DNA of 64,000 nucleotides from a virus (taxonomy: Duplodnaviria > Caudoviricetes), in IMG/VR virus record IMGVR_UViG_3300036966_000119, positions 108,577 through 172,576 of that record. The stretch is one strand, 5' to 3'. The position numbers and the translations under genes are program-made. Numbering within the stretch: the stretch's first letter is position 1; every line of letters begins with the position of its first letter. Below are positions 19,595 to 29,265 of the stretch, one piece after another. Below the pieces are notes generated by a model. It was given only the letters and a program-made list of their open reading frames with translations, was not told the DNA's origin and ran no database searches.

Positions 19595-20638
19595 TCATAA
19601 CAATTCTATCAGATTTATGTCATCGACATGTAAACTCTGAAGACCATCGATATCATACAGGTCTATCATCTTACTCTTAATCTTTTCAACTATTGATGGT
19701 GGTATGAGTTTTGTGTGTGACTCTATATCAATCAACTGGAATGATTTCTTTATGGAATCATGATACAATGGATTGAGTATCGGGAGGATACTTTCAATTG
19801 ATTTTGGATCTGAAGGAATCTCGCCTCTTTCAACCGCTCTCAGTAGATCATTCGCAAATGATGATATACCCAGCTGGGTAATACCTATAAGGCCTCTGTC
19901 AAAATCACCGATTATCGAATTCAATAATGCATAGAATACTTTATTCTGGACAAATGTATTCATTATATCATCATTGATTGATGATATTGACTGACATATC
20001 ATTGATGGATCTGCAAGCTGATGATTAAACTTTGACATGATAACCCTTGTTCTGTCTTCAAGCATGTACATTGTCATCAATGGTGATCCAGACACAATAA
20101 GTCTGTCACGACCGTTGTTTTTGTAATCATCAATTATGTTTGGGATAATATAATTATCCACACGATTACATCTGATGAGATATGACTTAGGTATGTACTT
20201 GAGAATGATTTCTACACGCTTCATTGCCTCTGTCCAGAAGTAATTAAGCTGAGCATATCTTTCCTGTTCGAATTTATTTACGTAAGGCATCAGATATGAT
20301 TTAATGACATCCTGTTCTGGCAGTAAAGCCATCTCGAAGTCATTAACTATAAGGAATATCCTTACGTCATTAAGTCTGTTGGAAAACATCTTCCAATGTT
20401 TTACGACTGATAAGACATTGGATATGATATCTCTTTCAACTGCATCACCATCTGAGAATGGTAATAAGTTTAAGAATTTAGCTGATGTCGACAAAGCCGA
20501 CACCAGCACATTTAAATCGATGAATATATCAATTCCATTGATTGGATAATAGTCCTCTCCACCAAGGAAAGTACTAATGGTATTGAACTTTAATTTCAAT
20601 GCCTTACCAACAATAGGACCTATTGAGAATTCTCTCAT
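19595..20638 (-). CDS. Hypothetical protein, possible degenerate PIN/5'-3' exonuclease-fold protein
   Basis: 347 aa; IDIFIDLN strand near the N-terminus and SIIGDFDRGLIGI resembling the H3TH GD..D..G motif. Confidence 0.45.
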   Translation of the reverse strand: MREFSIGPIVGKALKLKFNTISTFLGGEDYYPINGIDIFIDLNVLVSALSTSAKFLNLLPFSDGDAVERDIISNVLSVVKHWKMFSNRLNDVRIFLIVNDFEMALLPEQDVIKSYLMPYVNKFEQERYAQLNYFWTEAMKRVEIILKYIPKSYLIRCNRVDNYIIPNIIDDYKNNGRDRLIVSGSPLMTMYMLEDRTRVIMSKFNHQLADPSMICQSISSINDDIMNTFVQNKVFYALLNSIIGDFDRGLIGITQLGISSFANDLLRAVERGEIPSDPKSIESILPILNPLYHDSIKKSFQLIDIESHTKLIPPSIVEKIKSKMIDLYDIDGLQSLHVDDINLIELL

Positions 20639-20683
20639 GCTATAGTCCCCTCCTTACTGTGAGCCTCTATAATTTTTCTCAGA

Positions 20684-22687
20684 TCACCCCTCACGGAGAC
20701 CGAAGATGTAATCCTCAAATGAACGAGGACCAACACGATTGATCTCGTTTCTCTCATTGAAGATTACATTAAGGATATGATGCCTTGTCTGTTCAAATGC
20801 CAGAGCAACAGAAATTGACTCATGATTAGCAAGAGCTGTCTTGAGTCGCATCAACTGATACTCAGGATCCGGTTTAGTCCAGTCAGGTCTGAGAAGCTTG
20901 TTCTCAACCGAACGTATGAGGTGACCGATAATGATCTCACCATGTACTGAGAAGATCGGAATGATACCATGCATGAGATGTGCTAACTCAGTAACAGCCT
21001 CCTCTATAGTATTGAACTTGGATATCTCATTCTCGAGCAGCTTCATAATATTCATATATTTAGCAGTCATCATAATATTTACAGGAATGATATCACAGAA
21101 TGATCCATTACCTGTCTCAAGTATCTTATGAGATGAGATCTTGTAGTAAGGTACATCATCAATCATTACTTCCTTGAATGAGTCTGTTATGGAGTCAGGA
21201 ATATTGATTGATGCATACTTCGAAATTGTAATCGGAATAAGATCCTTTCCAATATATACTGTAAGAGACTCAGATATATTATCCAGATAATCTTCTTTGA
21301 GATAGATATCAAACTTCTTCTCATCTGTAGGAATAAGAGTTGAGTTCTCCATAACGAACCATTTCTCATATCCGTCAGTAAACTCAACCTTCTCTGCATT
21401 AGTCTTGAGCAGATGTTTAGCAGACAGAATCTTCTGTCCAACATCCTTTGTGAGAAGTTCTGTAGTATATATGAAACCACCCGGGAGTTCTCCAACCTTA
21501 AGAGCCTTAGTACCATAACACTTATGACATACATCCTCATTGAGGTTACATGTACAAGGACTTCTGAACCAGAGAGTCTGGCCAAGAAGATCAGTATCAT
21601 TCTTTGAGAAAATTCTTTCATGGATACTATTCTTCTGAGTAGTATACCATCTACCGTCCATCATCTCAAGCATACACTCATCAATGAAGATTGGTATTGG
21701 GTTTATGGAACCACAGTCTTCAACTGTTGGTGAAATAGTTCCATATGTAAGGATCCAAAGATTACGTGCAAAGTAACCTGCAGAACCCATGTATTCTTCA
21801 TTCATGATATCAGGAACACGTGCTGCGATTGCACCAACATACATACTCTGTTTTGTACTGTAACCAGCACGGAATCCATTACCGTTCATGGTTGATGTGA
21901 TAATATTCTTACCATCAGGAATCTGAGCAAGATTGATGTACAACTCCTCCATCTGCTTTGCTTTGATGATCTGAGTGTATTTATTATCAATGAAGAATGG
22001 GTTGTTACGTTTAAGCATCTCTGCTTCAAGTACCTTATACTTTTCAGCATTAGCAGCAACGATATCTGAGGTCTGCATATTTGGAGGATATTCAGTATTA
22101 TTGATTTCTCTGATGATTTCAGAATCACGATAGTGGTCGAGGAACAAGTTCTCAGCAGTAAACACCTGCATATCTGCCTTTGAGAAATTTACCAATAACT
22201 GTTTGAGGTCCATAGTAACCCGAGCCATAGTAACATCTCTCTGTGCAAGTGTTTTACCAAATGAATTCAGTGTCTCAACTATCTTGTCCTGAATTTTGTT
22301 TCTACCCTTCTTTGATAAGAATCCCTGAAGGATATAATCATTGATATCAATATATTCAAGATAATCCATAACAGGTCTCAGGAATACTAATGACATCATG
22401 AATCTGTTCAGAGGGAGTTTATAAGTGATCTTATCATCAACATTCTTCTTGAATTTGATGAATGTATGTTGTAACTTTTCACCATTTTCGTCGAAGTTAT
22501 TCCAACATAACGAAGCAACATCAACGACACGTTCATACAGATAATCGAAATCATGTTTGAATCTGTCAAGTATAATGGTCTCACCAATGAGATCGTATAT
22601 CTGTTCACTTGATGTTATTTCATATAATGCTGCGATGTCTTCGAATCTTGATTCATTGACATCTGTATCAATATTGAAATTTATCAT
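20684..22687 (-). CDS. rpoC: Phage multisubunit RNA polymerase beta'-like subunit, C-terminal part
   Basis: SAGYFARNL (bridge helix), EDCGS, RSPCTC...VCHKCYG Zn site, GQKILSAKH (trigger-loop region). Confidence 0.85.
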   Translation of the reverse strand: MINFNIDTDVNESRFEDIAALYEITSSEQIYDLIGETIILDRFKHDFDYLYERVVDVASLCWNNFDENGEKLQHTFIKFKKNVDDKITYKLPLNRFMMSLVFLRPVMDYLEYIDINDYILQGFLSKKGRNKIQDKIVETLNSFGKTLAQRDVTMARVTMDLKQLLVNFSKADMQVFTAENLFLDHYRDSEIIREINNTEYPPNMQTSDIVAANAEKYKVLEAEMLKRNNPFFIDNKYTQIIKAKQMEELYINLAQIPDGKNIITSTMNGNGFRAGYSTKQSMYVGAIAARVPDIMNEEYMGSAGYFARNLWILTYGTISPTVEDCGSINPIPIFIDECMLEMMDGRWYTTQKNSIHERIFSKNDTDLLGQTLWFRSPCTCNLNEDVCHKCYGTKALKVGELPGGFIYTTELLTKDVGQKILSAKHLLKTNAEKVEFTDGYEKWFVMENSTLIPTDEKKFDIYLKEDYLDNISESLTVYIGKDLIPITISKYASINIPDSITDSFKEVMIDDVPYYKISSHKILETGNGSFCDIIPVNIMMTAKYMNIMKLLENEISKFNTIEEAVTELAHLMHGIIPIFSVHGEIIIGHLIRSVENKLLRPDWTKPDPEYQLMRLKTALANHESISVALAFEQTRHHILNVIFNERNEINRVGPRSFEDYIFGLREG

Positions 22688-22702
22688 ATCATGATCCCTC
22701 CA

Positions 22703-23344
22703 TTAGTTATCAATCATGCTCATATCGAACTTGAAGTTCATAAGCATTTCCTTACGAGCATTCTTGTTCTCTTTACCATCACCAACAAGCATACCCATTG
22801 TTGATATGATTTCAGCATCATCCATTGTAACACGTAAAAGTCTACGTGTCTTGGGATCCATGATTACCTCCTTTGATACAACTGCTGCAGATGATCCAAG
22901 ACCTTTGTAACGTGCCTTGATAGCAGGATACATCTTTTCAACATACTCGAAGAATTTCGATATTGTCGTCTGAATCTTGTTGCCGTTCTTATCAGGGTAC
23001 TTAACAAGAAGACCATATTTCTTCTGGACATTGATAATGTATTTCAGCTGAGAAACGAGATCATCATCAATAACAACCAGCTGGTCATGCAGATCAATAA
23101 CGGCTTTGATCTGATGATTGTCATGATCATACTTTAACTCTGGATATACCTTTATGAGCATGCGTACCCAGTCATCAACATGCTTCTCAAAGTCTTGAGG
23201 AGTATCGCCGTACTTCGCAAAACCATAAGCTATGTATTCAAGTAAATCCATGTTTGTAGATCGATTGATTGATACCTCGGATAATGTTGACAGATACTCA
23301 AATGATTCTGTAACAAAGTCTTTGGCATTTACTTTTTTCGACAT
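22703..23344 (-). CDS. gyrB: Type IIA topoisomerase B subunit, C-terminal part (insert and tail)
   Basis: ARYKGLGS...IMDPKTRRLLRVTMDDA..ARKE matches the GyrB C-terminal tail; own GGAGG RBS. Confidence 0.85.
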   Translation of the reverse strand: MSKKVNAKDFVTESFEYLSTLSEVSINRSTNMDLLEYIAYGFAKYGDTPQDFEKHVDDWVRMLIKVYPELKYDHDNHQIKAVIDLHDQLVVIDDDLVSQLKYIINVQKKYGLLVKYPDKNGNKIQTTISKFFEYVEKMYPAIKARYKGLGSSAAVVSKEVIMDPKTRRLLRVTMDDAEIISTMGMLVGDGKENKNARKEMLMNFKFDMSMIDN

Positions 23345-23401
23345 GTTGTGTTCCTCCATTCACAATAATAGTAGTAATGAGTAGTATCATTATTTGGACA
23401 A

Positions 23402-23432
23402 TATAAATATGTTGGGGAGCAATGCTCCCCAA
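23402..23432 (-). promoter_or_regulatory. GC hairpin abutting an AACA-N6-TA motif between the two gyrB halves
   Basis: TTGGGGAGC-ATT-GCTCCCCAA overlapping AACATATTTATA on the minus strand. Confidence 0.5.
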
Positions 23433-23445
23433 TATTATATTTATT

Positions 23446-25167
23446 TCATTTCATTTCAGGGAATTCAAGTTCCATTCCACCGATAGAGTCAATACATACC
23501 TGAAGGTACTCTGTCTGAGAAGCAACGTAATATACGTTCTTATCTTTCATGAGTTTGTACAGAGGTGGCTCTGCTATATAGAGCTTACCAGCCCTGATGA
23601 TATCTGGTAAGAACTTAACAAAGAATGCACATATACCAACACGGATATGATATCCATCAATATCAGCATCAGTAGCTATGATTATTTTATCGAAGTAAAG
23701 TTTCCTGATATCGAATGTTGGTCCTATTCCACATCCAAGAACCTTAACCAGATTCAACCAAGGAACTGACTGAAGTGCTCTATCAAGAGTGAGATCCCAT
23801 ACATTCAAAGATTTACCTCTGAATGTTAATATGGCCTGATACTTTGCATTTCTTGCACCCTTAAGTCCACCGCCTGCGGAATTTCCTTCAACAAGGAATA
23901 GTTCTTTTGGTTCGGGAGTTATGATTGTTGCACAAGGATAATATGAATCAGGCTTCTGCCATGACTTTAATGCCTTGGTAGTTGATGCAACATTTCTCAT
24001 CTTTTCTCCTTCGATACGAGCTCGATGGTTACCGATAACAACTTCGGCCATTTCATTCAGTACCGAATCATTGGACTTTGATAATACGTTATAAGCAGCT
24101 TCTTCAATTGCTTTACCAAGTACTCTGTTGTCGACTGAATGTTTACTTTGTGATGTAAACATATGTGCACAGTTTGTGCCTGCCTTTACAACGATATTCA
24201 TATGTGCAAGAATATCTTTCTTGAGATCAACACCTTCGAGTTTCTTCTGCTTGCGAATAACTCGTTCTGTTATCGCCTTACTGAAACCCCTGATGATTCC
24301 ATCAACATGAGCACCATTCTGTGGAGTATGAATCATATTCATCCAAGAATGACGTACATCATCACCTTTGTATTTATCCGGATCAGAATATGTGATTGCA
24401 ACAGATACTTCGAAATGTCTATCAAATACTTCCTCGTCAAACTCTTCTTTCAACTGACCAGAACATTCGAACACGAGATCATTACATAATCTCGCATCCA
24501 ATGGAACGAACTGCTCAAAGAACTGGAATAATTCTTTATGACGAACCGTTGTTGTATCCCCATTGATTGTATAAATCATATTGGTTGATCGTGGCAAAGT
24601 ATAATCTGCATCAGCAAGCCATGTTTTCATGAGTTCAGTAGGGATAGTATCAACACCGAGTAACTTTCTTGAAGGCTTAAATGTTACAATAAGACCATGT
24701 TCATTTCCTGTGTAGGATTCTTTCTTCTCATCAAACAGAACTCCGTTCTTATATATGAGCGTCATCCTACATTTCTCGGTTGGTCTTATTGTTACTATCT
24801 CAAGATATGATGATAATGCCAACACACAGGTTGAACCACCAACACCATTCTCACCAGTACTTTCACCATGAGCTCGTGTCATCTTTGTGCCTGCTTGAAT
24901 AGTTTCATATACCTCTCTGATTATATTGGTCGGAATACCTCTACCGTTATCACGGACTGTTATCTGTTTATCAGTCATCATGATTTCTATCTTGTTACCA
25001 GGTGATTCAGTATTACTACATTCATCTTTACTGTTGTCAACCAATTCTTTACAAAGATGGAATACACCAAGGTCTCCAAGATTGGCAATGTACATTGTTG
25101 GTCTGGCCTGGATCTTCTCTACATCGTTTTTGATGATATTATATTTATCATCTTTAATCTTTGGCAT
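23446..25167 (-). CDS. gyrB: Type IIA topoisomerase B subunit, N-terminal part (GHKL ATPase, transducer, TOPRIM)
   Basis: RPTMYI, ELVDNSKDE, VRDNGRGIP, ELFLVEGNSAGG, RGKSLNV, ATDADIDGYHI, PPLY; start MPKIK after AAGGAGG. Confidence 0.92.
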   Translation of the reverse strand: MPKIKDDKYNIIKNDVEKIQARPTMYIANLGDLGVFHLCKELVDNSKDECSNTESPGNKIEIMMTDKQITVRDNGRGIPTNIIREVYETIQAGTKMTRAHGESTGENGVGGSTCVLALSSYLEIVTIRPTEKCRMTLIYKNGVLFDEKKESYTGNEHGLIVTFKPSRKLLGVDTIPTELMKTWLADADYTLPRSTNMIYTINGDTTTVRHKELFQFFEQFVPLDARLCNDLVFECSGQLKEEFDEEVFDRHFEVSVAITYSDPDKYKGDDVRHSWMNMIHTPQNGAHVDGIIRGFSKAITERVIRKQKKLEGVDLKKDILAHMNIVVKAGTNCAHMFTSQSKHSVDNRVLGKAIEEAAYNVLSKSNDSVLNEMAEVVIGNHRARIEGEKMRNVASTTKALKSWQKPDSYYPCATIITPEPKELFLVEGNSAGGGLKGARNAKYQAILTFRGKSLNVWDLTLDRALQSVPWLNLVKVLGCGIGPTFDIRKLYFDKIIIATDADIDGYHIRVGICAFFVKFLPDIIRAGKLYIAEPPLYKLMKDKNVYYVASQTEYLQVCIDSIGGMELEFPEMK

Positions 25168-25218
25168 GGAAAGCTCCTCCTTCGTTTTATTTGCTATTTT
25201 GATAGTTATTCTCCATAG

Positions 25219-25236
25219 CACGAAAATAATATATGT
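25219..25236 (-). promoter_or_regulatory. Putative early phage promoter
   Basis: ACATATATTATTTTCGTG upstream of gyrB. Confidence 0.7.
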
Positions 25237-25244
25237 CTTTTGAA

Positions 25245-25256
25245 AACAAATTCGTA
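25245..25256 (+). promoter_or_regulatory. Putative late promoter AACA-N6-TA driving the candidate ncRNA
   Basis: AACAAATTCGTA immediately before the hairpin series. Confidence 0.5.
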
Positions 25257-25405
25257 AGTTCATCTATGAACAATATCACTCGCCGGTGATAACTATCGAA
25301 CATTCTACTGACATGGAATGTATCCTCCGTTTTTATGGACCGATCTGGCTGAAGTCGGTCCAACTATTTGTATTTATTTGTGGGGGCTTTATGCCCCCAA
25401 ATCCT
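25256..25405 (+). ncRNA. Candidate structured small RNA (four hairpins plus terminator)
   Basis: Stems at 25258-25271, 25274-25291, 25300-25321 and 25336-25362, then a GC hairpin at 25381-25399. G-U pairs form only on the plus strand. No RBS-led ORF. Confidence 0.55.
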
Positions 25406-25447
25406 TATAATTTTCTATGCTACTGGATTTAATGGTACATAATTGCT

Positions 25448-25465
25448 ATATATATTATTAATATG
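25448..25465 (+). promoter_or_regulatory. Putative early phage promoter
   Basis: ATATATATTATTAATATG upstream of 25526. Confidence 0.75.
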
Positions 25466-25525
25466 AGAAAAGAAATAAGAATACGCTTATTTCAACTCTC
25501 TTTCATTATTTAAGGAGGTCATATT

Positions 25526-25954
25526 ATGACAAAAACAGAGAGAATCGCTAATGGATATACCAAATGGGTCCTGATCTCAGACCGTCACGGTAACGACGAC
25601 ATCCAGGATTTCTGGTACAGCAGTGGGCTGCAGCCGTGGCTTATTGGAGATGAGGAGAAGGTTGCCGATGACATTACCAATTGGGACATTACAAAACTCA
25701 GAAATTTTGCCAAGAAATTAAACATCTATATGCTCAACATGTGTCTCGATTCTGATGATACATCATATGTTATTCTGCCGGTGTACTCTTACAAACTAAC
25801 GAGATCAGAAAATAAAAAACTTGTAGATGCCTATCTCGAGACAATAGAGTTTTCCCCAAGTCAGTTCCTGAAATATCACAGAAAGGATCTCATAGCTCTC
25901 CTTGGCATAAAGACATACAATAAGATTGTATATAAATACAAAAACAACGATTAA
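25526..25954 (+). CDS. Early hypothetical protein
   Basis: 142 aa, TAAGGAGGT RBS, own promoter and terminator. Confidence 0.8.
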   Translation: MTKTERIANGYTKWVLISDRHGNDDIQDFWYSSGLQPWLIGDEEKVADDITNWDITKLRNFAKKLNIYMLNMCLDSDDTSYVILPVYSYKLTRSENKKLVDAYLETIEFSPSQFLKYHRKDLIALLGIKTYNKIVYKYKNND

Positions 25955-25958
25955 TACG

Positions 25959-25976
25959 AGAGCCCTTCGGGGCTCT
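25959..25976 (+). terminator. Intrinsic terminator with UUCG tetraloop
   Basis: AGAGCCC-TTCG-GGGCTCT followed by a T run. Confidence 0.9.
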
Positions 25977-26006
25977 ATCTTTTTTTTTTGTTTGAAAGCA
26001 TTATTG

Positions 26007-26018
26007 AACGAAAGGGTA
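26007..26018 (+). promoter_or_regulatory. Putative late promoter AACG-N6-TA
   Basis: AACGAAAGGGTA between the terminator and the catalytic RNAP subunit gene. Confidence 0.45.
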
Positions 26019-26047
26019 ATCTTTATTATTCGGAAAGGAATGATATA

Positions 26048-27556
26048 ATGAAAATCCAAGAATTATTTGACATTGATAGATACATCAAGGTCAACCAACT
26101 TAAGGAAGTTACATCTCAACATATATACAGAACACAAAACATGTTTAACCCAGAAGGTTTGTTCTCAGAAGATATCTTTGGTCAGACTGCTGAAGAACAA
26201 AAATACACATGTGGTTACATAAAGCTTCCTGTTCATGTATTCAATCCATCGGTTGCAAAAACAATCATTGCTCGTTCTGGTGGTATCATTCGTAAGATGG
26301 CATATGGTGAAACGAAGTGTAATCTGAAGAATGGTGTTCTTGTTGCAGACAAAGAAGGACAATACTGTGGTCTCAAAGATCTGTATAATATATGGGAGCA
26401 AATTGATATAAGAAAAACCCTCAATACCAGATCAGATGAAAACATCGATATTCTTACGAAGTCTCCAAAGAGATTATTATTCAATGATAAAGTATTGGTG
26501 TTACCTCCTGCCTTTAGACCAATCGGTATGCGTAATGGTCGTAGAACCAAGAATGAGTTGAATTCCCTTTATACTCATATCATAGGTCTCAAAAGTGTTA
26601 CTGCTCATACTACATCAAACGTTTATCAGATATATGCAAAGTTCCAAGATGCTGTAATGAATATCTATACTTACATACATGACTATGTTGGTTCAAAGAA
26701 CGGCTTCTTCCAGAAACAGTTACTTGCAAAGACAACAACGTTTACTGCAAGAAACGTTATATCCGCTCCTCGTTATAACAACGATCATCCTGCTGTAGGT
26801 ATATTCAAGACAGGTTATCCATTGCATACATGTGCAACATTATTCCGTCCTCTTGTAATATTCCAAATGAAACAGTTCTTCACATATTCAAACGTCCAGG
26901 ATATTCATCCAAACAAGGAGGAAGTAAAACCTGGTGTTCTGAATAATATCTACGATAACAAGATGATCGAAGATCTGTGTAATATTTATATGGAGAATCC
27001 AGGATCACGTTTCCGTATCATGTATCTTGATGCTGAAAATCAGGTACCTATGCAGATGGAGTATCTTGATATCAAAAAGAATCAAACAGTGACAAGACCT
27101 GTTACATTAACCGACGTAATTTATCTATGCTGCAAGGTAGCTATTGAGGATGCTGGTAGAATGGTATACACTGTTCGATATCCTATAGGCGACTACCTTG
27201 GAAACTTCTTTACCAAAGTACACATTCTTTCAACATTGGAAACAATGCAGATTCAATTCCGTGGGGAAACAATGAACTATTATCCCGTTATAGATATTAA
27301 TAGACCACATAACAGAGTTGCTACATCATTTATTGAAACTATAAACATGAGTAACTCTCGTCTTAAAGCACTTGGTGCAGACTATGATGGAGATACAGTT
27401 AAGAGCATTGGTTTATGGAGTGATGAAGCAAACCAAAGAGCAGAAGAATTAATGTTCTCCAAAATATACAATATTAAAGCAGAATGTGACTCAGTTTATA
27501 CCATTGAAATCGAGTGCTTGAATGGATTATACGCATTAACAAAGAGAAATGAGTAA
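26048..27556 (+). CDS. rpoC: Phage multisubunit RNA polymerase beta'-like catalytic subunit (N-terminal part), possibly virion RNAP
   Basis: EGLFSEDIFG, GYIKLP, VLVLPPAFRP, ARNVISA, catalytic ADYDGD; no N-terminal Zn finger; start MKIQE after GAAAGG. Confidence 0.9.
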   Translation: MKIQELFDIDRYIKVNQLKEVTSQHIYRTQNMFNPEGLFSEDIFGQTAEEQKYTCGYIKLPVHVFNPSVAKTIIARSGGIIRKMAYGETKCNLKNGVLVADKEGQYCGLKDLYNIWEQIDIRKTLNTRSDENIDILTKSPKRLLFNDKVLVLPPAFRPIGMRNGRRTKNELNSLYTHIIGLKSVTAHTTSNVYQIYAKFQDAVMNIYTYIHDYVGSKNGFFQKQLLAKTTTFTARNVISAPRYNNDHPAVGIFKTGYPLHTCATLFRPLVIFQMKQFFTYSNVQDIHPNKEEVKPGVLNNIYDNKMIEDLCNIYMENPGSRFRIMYLDAENQVPMQMEYLDIKKNQTVTRPVTLTDVIYLCCKVAIEDAGRMVYTVRYPIGDYLGNFFTKVHILSTLETMQIQFRGETMNYYPVIDINRPHNRVATSFIETINMSNSRLKALGADYDGDTVKSIGLWSDEANQRAEELMFSKIYNIKAECDSVYTIEIECLNGLYALTKRNE

Positions 27557-27572
27557 AAGGGAGTGATTCTCA

Positions 27573-28112
27573 ATGGCTAAGTTTGTTACCGATGACGGTA
27601 AAGGTGGTATTTCTGGAGATCGATTACTGGATCAACTACGAGGAAAAACACCATCATATTCATATGATTATTTTCCACATGCGAAAAAGAAACATACTGA
27701 TGTTGATAAACTCAAGGTTCCCTCTGGTAGACTCAACAGTCATCGTTTAAACAACATCAATATGTATGAATTACTGACACACATTCAACAAACGTTATCA
27801 TTGAATAACAGATGTATTATCGAGATGATAACAAACGAAGATCATCGTTGTATCAATACAAATGAAACGATTCAACGCAGAATTCATTTATTTGCAGAAA
27901 AGTTTATCAATGATGATTTCAAACAAGCAAATCCAAAACAAAAAGTACGATTCAAAGTAAATGAAGACAACTTTGATTACCGAGATGAAACAGATGAAGA
28001 ATGGCTTGATAGATTATGTCATATCTATATGCATCGATATCATCCATCTAAACTTCAAATGATTAAATGTGAAGAATGTTTACAATGTTGGATGAATTCA
28101 GATAAATGGTAA
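27573..28112 (+). CDS. Hypothetical protein
   Basis: 179 aa, GGGGAG RBS, C-terminal CEECLQC. Confidence 0.75.
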   Translation: MAKFVTDDGKGGISGDRLLDQLRGKTPSYSYDYFPHAKKKHTDVDKLKVPSGRLNSHRLNNINMYELLTHIQQTLSLNNRCIIEMITNEDHRCINTNETIQRRIHLFAEKFINDDFKQANPKQKVRFKVNEDNFDYRDETDEEWLDRLCHIYMHRYHPSKLQMIKCEECLQCWMNSDKW

Positions 28113-28166
28113 TTTTTTTATTCTACAAATAAATGTCTTTAGATAGACGGAGTCTATCTTATATTA

Positions 28167-28184
28167 GTATATATTAAGATATTG
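28167..28184 (+). promoter_or_regulatory. Putative early-type promoter (variant)
   Basis: GTATATATTAAGATATTG, preceded by the hairpin AGATAGAC-GGA-GTCTATCT. Confidence 0.5.
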
Positions 28185-28248
28185 ATGATAATAAGCAAAA
28201 TCAATAACCGAATTGTACTATTATAATTAGAAAGGAGGATTATGTAGT

Positions 28249-29259
28249 ATGAATTATAGCGACATGTTTGCTATGCTGGGTTCTTCAAATGATCCATATG
28301 ATGGTCAGTTTGATAATCCACATTCAGAATTCCCTACATTTCCGACAGCACCTTCCGGTTTTGATACGTCATATCAACCAGCCCCAGCACCAATGAGTTG
28401 GGAAGAAGCTTTCAATGGTTTTAAGACAAGACCGGTGTTGTATAATATGGATGGATGGATTTCACCTTATGCTTCAAATAACTGGGGTGGTACTTCAAAT
28501 ATCCTTGCGTACATTGATGAACAGTATAAACTTCCTATGGGTGAATCTAAGATTGATCCTAATAGAATCTTTACTGCTGAAGTCAATGGTTTGAGAGCTT
28601 TGTCTGCTGACCAGGCTAAGATACTTAAGATGTTTGAAAAGAAGTTTGCTGAGTCAATTACTGAGAAAGATAAGGTTGGTCTCACAGAAGAAGACATTGA
28701 AGCTATGGCTGCAATAACTTCTGCTCGTGTTGCTTTAACAAACATTGAAAAGGAGAAGGTTGCTATCAAGAAGAATATTGCTGACATCAAGATCAAACAG
28801 GCACAGAATACAAATGCTCCTGCTGCAACAGGTGTGGGACCAAGAAGCATGACTTCTTCATCAGATATCGGTAGAAATATTCTTGATAATATTTTCGCCG
28901 CACCTGGTATGTCCGCTGCAACAACTCCTATTGTATCCGAGGTTGATTATTCGACTTCTGGTGTTTCAGCAGGTCAAGAGATTCTCGACAATCTTCTCGG
29001 TACTGGACCTACCGGAGCAATACTTGCTGAAAAACAGGGTATGAGACCTCTTGTTGTTCTTGGTGAAGACGGTCATGCTGAGGATGTTATCGTAGTAGAT
29101 AAAGATAATGTCCGGGTTAAAGATGTTCCCGATGGTTTTGAAGTTCCCACATTGGAATCTCTTGGTGATGTTCACCCAGAAACAAATACTATTGACTGGG
29201 AAGGTGCACGTCAAGTCGAAACCATCAGCAAAGCTGCTGTCGAAGCATCGGAGGAATAA
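28249..29259 (+). CDS. Hypothetical protein with central coiled coil
   Basis: 336 aa, AGGAGG RBS. Confidence 0.8.
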   Translation: MNYSDMFAMLGSSNDPYDGQFDNPHSEFPTFPTAPSGFDTSYQPAPAPMSWEEAFNGFKTRPVLYNMDGWISPYASNNWGGTSNILAYIDEQYKLPMGESKIDPNRIFTAEVNGLRALSADQAKILKMFEKKFAESITEKDKVGLTEEDIEAMAAITSARVALTNIEKEKVAIKKNIADIKIKQAQNTNAPAATGVGPRSMTSSSDIGRNILDNIFAAPGMSAATTPIVSEVDYSTSGVSAGQEILDNLLGTGPTGAILAEKQGMRPLVVLGEDGHAEDVIVVDKDNVRVKDVPDGFEVPTLESLGDVHPETNTIDWEGARQVETISKAAVEASEE

Positions 29260-29265
29260 TGTCTT

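Noticed and set aside
23345-23445. T4 gene 60-style ribosomal bypass or an intron joining the gyrB halves
   Set aside because: The downstream half has its own GGAGG RBS and ATG. The gap lacks group I core motifs and is too short for one.
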